Of a DNA stretch of 34,861 nt, positions 24,877 to 34,861 are shown piece by piece. The notes below the pieces were generated by a model. That model saw only the letters and a program-made list of their open reading frames with translations. It had not been told where the DNA came from and made no database searches. Both the position numbers and the translations under genes were made by a program. Source of the stretch: Bigelowiella natans CCMP2755 (Eukaryota; Protista; Cercozoa); contig ADNK01000317.1 in the NCBI GenBank assembly GCA_000320545.1, forward strand, positions 1 to 34,861. The letters are read 5' to 3'. Numbering within the stretch: the stretch's first letter is position 1; each line of letters opens with the position of its first letter.

Positions 24877-26489
24877 GCCATGAATCCGACCTTATTACTA
24901 CGTGGGGAAAGGTGAAGAGGATTCGAGTAGGGGAGTGGGGTAGGTTCCAGCCAGTACTTCGGCCAGTTGGCAATTCCGGATGTCACCCTGTCGGAAAACT
25001 GTTTAAACGCAGGAACACGAGAAGTCGTAGATCCTTAATCGCATCTTCTACATCTATTTTTTCCGAAAAACAGAGATCCCGTTATTCCCTCCGGTAGATT
25101 CTTAGGTACGTATCTTCTCCTGCTCCCGAACTGAGCCGAATTGGGGCTTGCGACAATATGTGGGAATTGGAGCACCGGGTTTCTTCCTCACGTTTTCGCT
25201 TTTCTCTTTTGTTCTCTCCTTAGATAATTGCGGTGTGCTTTTGGAAAAAGATGAGAAAACGATCTGCAAATAATCTCTCCGGTAAAGGACCGATGTTTTG
25301 AAAATTCTGAAAAAACAATTCTGTCGTTGATGGAAAATGATGCCGTGACGTAGATGTCACTTATCCACTTTGTCTCATGTTGTTTCAGATTTCCGAAAAA
25401 ATCTCGAGAAATGCCAGGAATTGCTGGAATTTTGTTAGCAAAATGAAGATGTGGTTTTTTTTCAGAAGGCTGGACTGCACCTGGGAGAAAAACCTCCAGG
25501 CCTTTTTGTTTTGCAGACGTTGGCGGGGGCGGCGCGTTTGCTTGCGTGAGGACAGAACATCGTTATGATTGTTGTGATCACACAAAGTAAGACCACGCGA
25601 ATTGTGAGGGGGTTGCACATGTTTCAAAAAAAACGTTCGAATTCGAAGACCCGCCTGGCTAGCTGGCTAGCTGGCCACGATGTGATGCAAAGGCTGGGCC
25701 GCGCTGCGTGCGTGCGCTGGCATGAGCCAATTCCAATTCGATGTCGAGTCAGCGCAGCGCCATGTGAAATCCGATTTTGCATGAATCTTGTATCGATGGG
25801 ATGACTGCCTCAATCTAGCAGCGTGCGTGCGCGCTCTCGATGCCAGCTAGCCAGGTTAGCAGGAGAGCTGGAGAGCTAGGGCTAGAGGGGGTGCATGACA
25901 ACCATCAACTTGTCTGACGTGTTGGAGGTGTTTGTGTGTCCACAGAGCTAGAGAGGCTAGGAGGGGCCAGCCTGCGCACCACGTTGTCCACGTCTAGACG
26001 TGCGCAGAATCCGCCACATCTGAAGAGAATTGGGAAAGACAACAGACAAGCTAGCAAGAGCTAAGCTGGCAAGGTGCACACTGATTTGCGCCTCATCAGG
26101 CCTCACTCACTTCAGAAAATGATCATTGTTTTTCATGTTTTTGAGAGAAGACGATAACATGCGCCCATTGCTTCAGCAAGTTTTCTTCTCCATGTTCACT
26201 TGATCAAAATGAGGCCGCTGTGTGCGCTGAAAGCCACGTGTCCGTTTCAAATGCATGTGCATGCATGTCTTTGTGCAGTGATGCGCCGTCCGCATCAGCA
26301 CCGGTTCATCAACATACTTCGGTGTTATACAGTTAATTTCATTTTGCATGCATTGCAAGGGTGGTGTGCATGTATAATGCTACAACCTCGCTGTTTGTGA
26401 AATTCTAAATCTTACTATCCTATTGCGCTTCCAGATGCTAACACTTGTGCAACAGGGAGCGGATTAACTACTATCAAATTGGAACTGTC

Positions 26490-30910
<4,421 letters not shown>

Positions 30911-31670
30911 TATACTCAAATGTTCTCTTCTCCCTCGTTTTTGGGTGCTAACTGAAGCATTATTTCGCTACGTCTAATGCCCCGAGCATGCGGATGGATG
31001 GAGTTATCATAATATATTCGGCACAAACCCGCATAATGGATGAGGAATTCCAATGGCTGCGACACTGGTACGAGTCTTGCCGCTGAGGAAAGGTGGGGGG
31101 GAGAGATTTTCAGGGGTTGGCAACGTGCAGTGCTACTTCGGGCCCTCAATAGTGCGACAGGCATACTTCGTGTCGCGAAGGAAATTCATAGAGCGTTTAA
31201 TGACCTAAGTCGATCAACGAGCACCGGATAAAAAGCTCTAAGTTACATGTCTACGACATGCATCTCTTGCCGGACAGTCCCTCAAATCGCCTCTCGGATA
31301 TTCCAACCTCTGTTTTCCCAAGTACGACTAGAGAGATCCGGTAAAGTGAAGCAGAAACGGTGTGGCTTGGGGGAGACCGAATATTTATTTTATCTATTGA
31401 TTTTATTTCTCGACATAGCGGGTACAACGTACACGATCGAGCTCTGGACAGGGAGTTTCATCGTGGAAGAGAAGTGACATAGACGGTCTCAAGTAGACGG
31501 AGGAGGAGGAGAGATCTACCCGTAGTAGAGGGACGACAAAAGTATTGACCGAGTTGTAACTGCAGCAAAGTCACCACCGCCACCACCCTCCAAACCGCCA
31601 ACACCTGCCAACCTCCTCCTGCAGAATCAAGTCACAGAAGAAAGAAAAGGAGAGCATCAGATAATCAAAC

Positions 31671-32160
31671 ATGAGTGGTAAAATGAAGTATACTATTCTT
31701 CCACCTTTGATGACGAACTCTGTTGTTGTTCTGAGTGAGGCCCGATCTAAATGCTTATGTCTTTACTCTCTGGCTAGGCCCACAGGGGTATCGCGAAACA
31801 CAAATGCGAAAGCAAATGGAGGGTATGCTCAGCGAAGTGGAGGCCAAGATTGATGTACCCGAGTCGCGCACAAGCCTCGAGAAATCAATGGACATTGAAA
31901 AGATGGCACGCGAGATGGCTGAGCTGCAACAAGAAAATCACTTTCTCCGCTCATATGGTAGCATGATGTTGTTACGTTGTTTAAAAACACTCTCCTTCTT
32001 CGACCGAGAGACTAACGGGGAGTACTTACTCTAACGCCCCTCACACCCTGGCCCTATTCTTTGTTCTACTTCAATGTGATAGCCATAAGGCTGGAAAAAC
32101 AGCTTCAAGTGTATCAATCGTCGTATCCCGAGGTAGCATTAGCAATAGGACGTCATCTGC

Positions 32161-32202
<42 letters not shown>

Positions 32203-33250
32203 GTGTATATATTACCCATGTTAAGATGAATATTCTACTGGATAGTTGGACGTAAAGATTCCAGCAGCCGAGCCCTTGAGCTCGGACCTGCCACCATGGG
32301 TGGCTTCTGCCAAGTTCATGAACCCTCTCCTCGTTGCATACCAGCGGAAAATCGACGATTTGACACAGGTGTTGGCTTTGTAGATGAATAAATAAAAAGT
32401 TTTTCCTCACACCTTTCGTATTATTTGTTTCACTCAGCGCAACGAAGCATACTTCACAGAGGTGAAAGACATAAAAGAGCGTTTCGAGGCCATATCAAAG
32501 AGCCCAGGGGGGGGAGAGGAAACGAAGGCGCCCAGGTGAGCGCTACGAGTAGTTTTGTTCATTCACGACCAGCTTTTATTATGGTCACCATTTCACCCCA
32601 ACGTGAGAATTTGCGACATCATCTATCAGAATAGTCCCTTTGCCAAGTCGAGAGCTTGTCCTGCCATCAGCTCACGCTGAAGAACTGAATGAGGCGATGC
32701 AGAGGACCGGCCTTCTTCGCCAGCAGGTGTTTTGTTGACATGATGATGTGCCTATTCCTACTGCTTGCTGCAGGATAGGCTAGCAGGAATAGGCGATAGA
32801 AAGAGAATAATTTGTTCCCACAACACCGACACACAATGGAAGTACATGTCGAACATTGATCCTCTCTGCAATGGCATCCATCCATCCATCCACCATCGTG
32901 TAGGTGGAAGTGCTGGAGAAGCAGAATGGCACTCTAAACGACGATCTAGCCAAGGAACGAGAGGAGCTTGAGGACCTTCGCATACAAACCGTACGACAAA
33001 TAAAAAACAGCGCAACAACAAGAATACTGACACTAGATGCGCACGTCGCCCGCACACATTTACTCCTTTCACATCATATGACGAATATAGGCTCAGGCAG
33101 AGGCCACGATAAAGCACCTAATGGAGCAAAAGCGCAGGCACGACGAGGCTCTGAGTGTCTACGCTGCAGACAAAGTAAACATAATGATAATAACAGCATC
33201 ACACCTTATAAACACTGCCCTTTGGCTCGTTCCGCATTGCCAAGCGATGA

Positions 33251-33319
<69 letters not shown>

Positions 33320-33531
33320 GTGTTGTGTATGCAGGAGGAGCTCGATAACCGCCTTGCGGAGTCTCTGACTCAAATTCAGGCCCTGGACGGAGCGCGACAA
33401 CAACTTAAGACCGAACTTAAAGCCAAAGCAGAGGAGGTCGCGCGCCATATCAAGAATGAAACTGCGCTCAGGTGTACTGAGTATAAGAAATTAAAGTCAA
33501 GTGAATGCATTCGCACACATTAACACACACA

Positions 33532-33614
<83 letters not shown>

Positions 33615-34126
33615 CGTCATATCACCATCCTCCTCCTCCTCCAATGACGCTCAGGGAGAGGGCAGACAAGCTTGCTTCAGAGGCCAAAGAAGACCGACGT
33701 GAGAGGGAAAAGGCAGTTGCTGCAATGGCCTCGCTTGAGGCACAGCTGATGACCGAACAGCAGAGCGTCTCCCAACTGCGGTAGTAGCATGTATGGCTCA
33801 CCGATACGAATACTGCTGCCTGTGGTAGGAATAGTAATATCGTAACGAGGGGTTTATATGATTTCCCTGTCCGATTCACAAGAAAAAGGCGTTTTCAAAC
33901 TATTTCTTTCTGGCGTTAATTGTTGGCGACTCCAAATTAATGAATCTTGGGGATGTTGCTGCGCTAGTAGATACCATTGCTGCAGTAGATACCAATCACA
34001 CACAAAAATCAAACTATCCTGACGGTGATGGAACAAAGGTATCAACTTCGTGAGCGAGAAAGGCGCGTCCAGTCTTTGACCCAGAAATGCGCCCAAGCTG
34101 ACAGCATGCTTGCAGCGGCAAGGAAG
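31671..34126 (+). CDS. Coiled-coil protein, CEP89/CCDC123 (centriole distal appendage)-like; 3' end runs into unreliable sequence
   Basis: Spliced MS|GPQGYRETQMRKQMEGML...MAELQQENHFLR...RLEKQLQVYQSSYPE|IPAAEPLSSDLPPWVASAKFMNPLLVAYQRKIDDLTQ|RNEAY..., then heptad-rich exons (EELDNRLAESLTQIQAL; EAKEDRREREKAVAAMASLEAQL). PPW-x6-M(N/S)PLL(V/L)AY resembles the conserved CEP89 motif as I recall it. The gene itself is certain; the identity is moderate. Confidence 0.65.
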
Positions 34127-34194
34127 GTTGGTGCTGAATTAATGATATTGACGGTGATGGTGATGCCTACTTTCCGATGATTCGCCACGATCAT

Positions 34195-34861
34195 CCCCCC
34201 CCCCCCCCCCCCCCCCCCCTTCATCTTTTTGGGGGGGGGGAAAATAACGTTAATATCTACTGATGCATGCGAATAGCTCGGAATTTTAATAAAACCCGCC
34301 GCAAAATGGTTTTTTCGGGAGTTTTTCCTTTCCCAAAATTAATGTATTTTTCTCGGGCACGGGTTTGGGATAATCCAGGGCGGGGAGGGTCACCGGGTTG
34401 AGCTGGTGGGTTTCCCCCGCAACGCCGCGGAATCAAAGCTCGAGGGAATCGGCAACGCCCGGGTTTCCCTCCCCTAATACCCCCCTCCCCCCCCCTCCCT
34501 GAATTACATTCCATCCTCCCCTTTGGGTTCCTAAAACATTTTTTTCGGGGCATTTTTTTTCCCATGGGGTATTTCCATTTGGGGGTTATCCCTCCAATAC
34601 AAAAAAACAAGGTGAAGCTCGCGGAAAAATCGGGGCGCGAGGAGGGTGCTCGGGGTTCTGGGAAAATGTCTGGCGATCTTGGAAGGGTCAAAAAGGGGGC
34701 CAAAGAGGCCCAGGAGGCCTTTTTTTCTGGCAAACAAGTAGAAAAACAACCGCCCCGCGCACCCCCGCCCGAAATATATATATATATATTTATTTTATTA
34801 TTTTTTTTATGGGAAATTAATTGGGGCGCCTAATAATTGTATTAACCTTTTATTTGGGGGC
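34195..34861. other. Low-quality or garbled sequence after a long poly-C run, probably a degraded read end containing corrupted CEP89-like exons
   Basis: After the poly-C run at ~34195-34219 the sequence is dominated by homopolymer stutters. A coiled-coil-like phrase (VKLAEKSGREEG...DLGRVKKGAKEAQEA) survives at ~34612-34720. Confidence 0.7.

Noticed and set aside
25608-26455. Possible terminal inverted repeat gttgcaca...tgtgcaac
   Set aside because: Only 8 bp, no target-site duplication, and the right copy lies in the RGS gene 3' UTR.
34257-34833. ORFs in the last 600 nt
   Set aside because: The sequence looks like a degraded read end (homopolymer stutter), so translations are unreliable.

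Overview
Intron-rich eukaryotic nuclear DNA with GT-AG introns of about 60-500 nt, many packed with microsatellites. The bipartite plastid-targeting leader on a thioredoxin, the flagellar genes and the intron style suggest a chlorarachniophyte-like secondary alga (inference). The six-frame ORF track shows only fragments, so I spliced exons by hand and recovered seven genes. (1) A 5'-truncated SMG1 PIKK kinase (+, <342-11346) with an apparent frame break at a G13 run. (2) A class I SAM methyltransferase with Bmt6/DUF3115-like motif order (-, 12124-15393). (3) A RasGEF with REM and CDC25 domains (-, 16259-~20652). (4) A MORN-repeat RSPH1-like radial spoke protein, invisible to the ORF track (+, 20721-22025). 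(5) A plastid-targeted CDSP32-like thioredoxin with a CRPC active site (-, 23097-~24876). (6) An unusual RA-PH-RGS protein (-, 26490-~30910). (7) A CEP89-like coiled-coil protein (+, 31671->34126) running into low-quality sequence. The best candidate for a new system is the RA-PH-RGS adaptor, a possible Ras-to-G-alpha bridge with degenerate GAP residues, lying ~6 kb from a RasGEF. Each of these two Ras-pathway genes is head-to-head with a flagellar or basal-body gene. All family assignments come from motif recognition by eye, not database searches.
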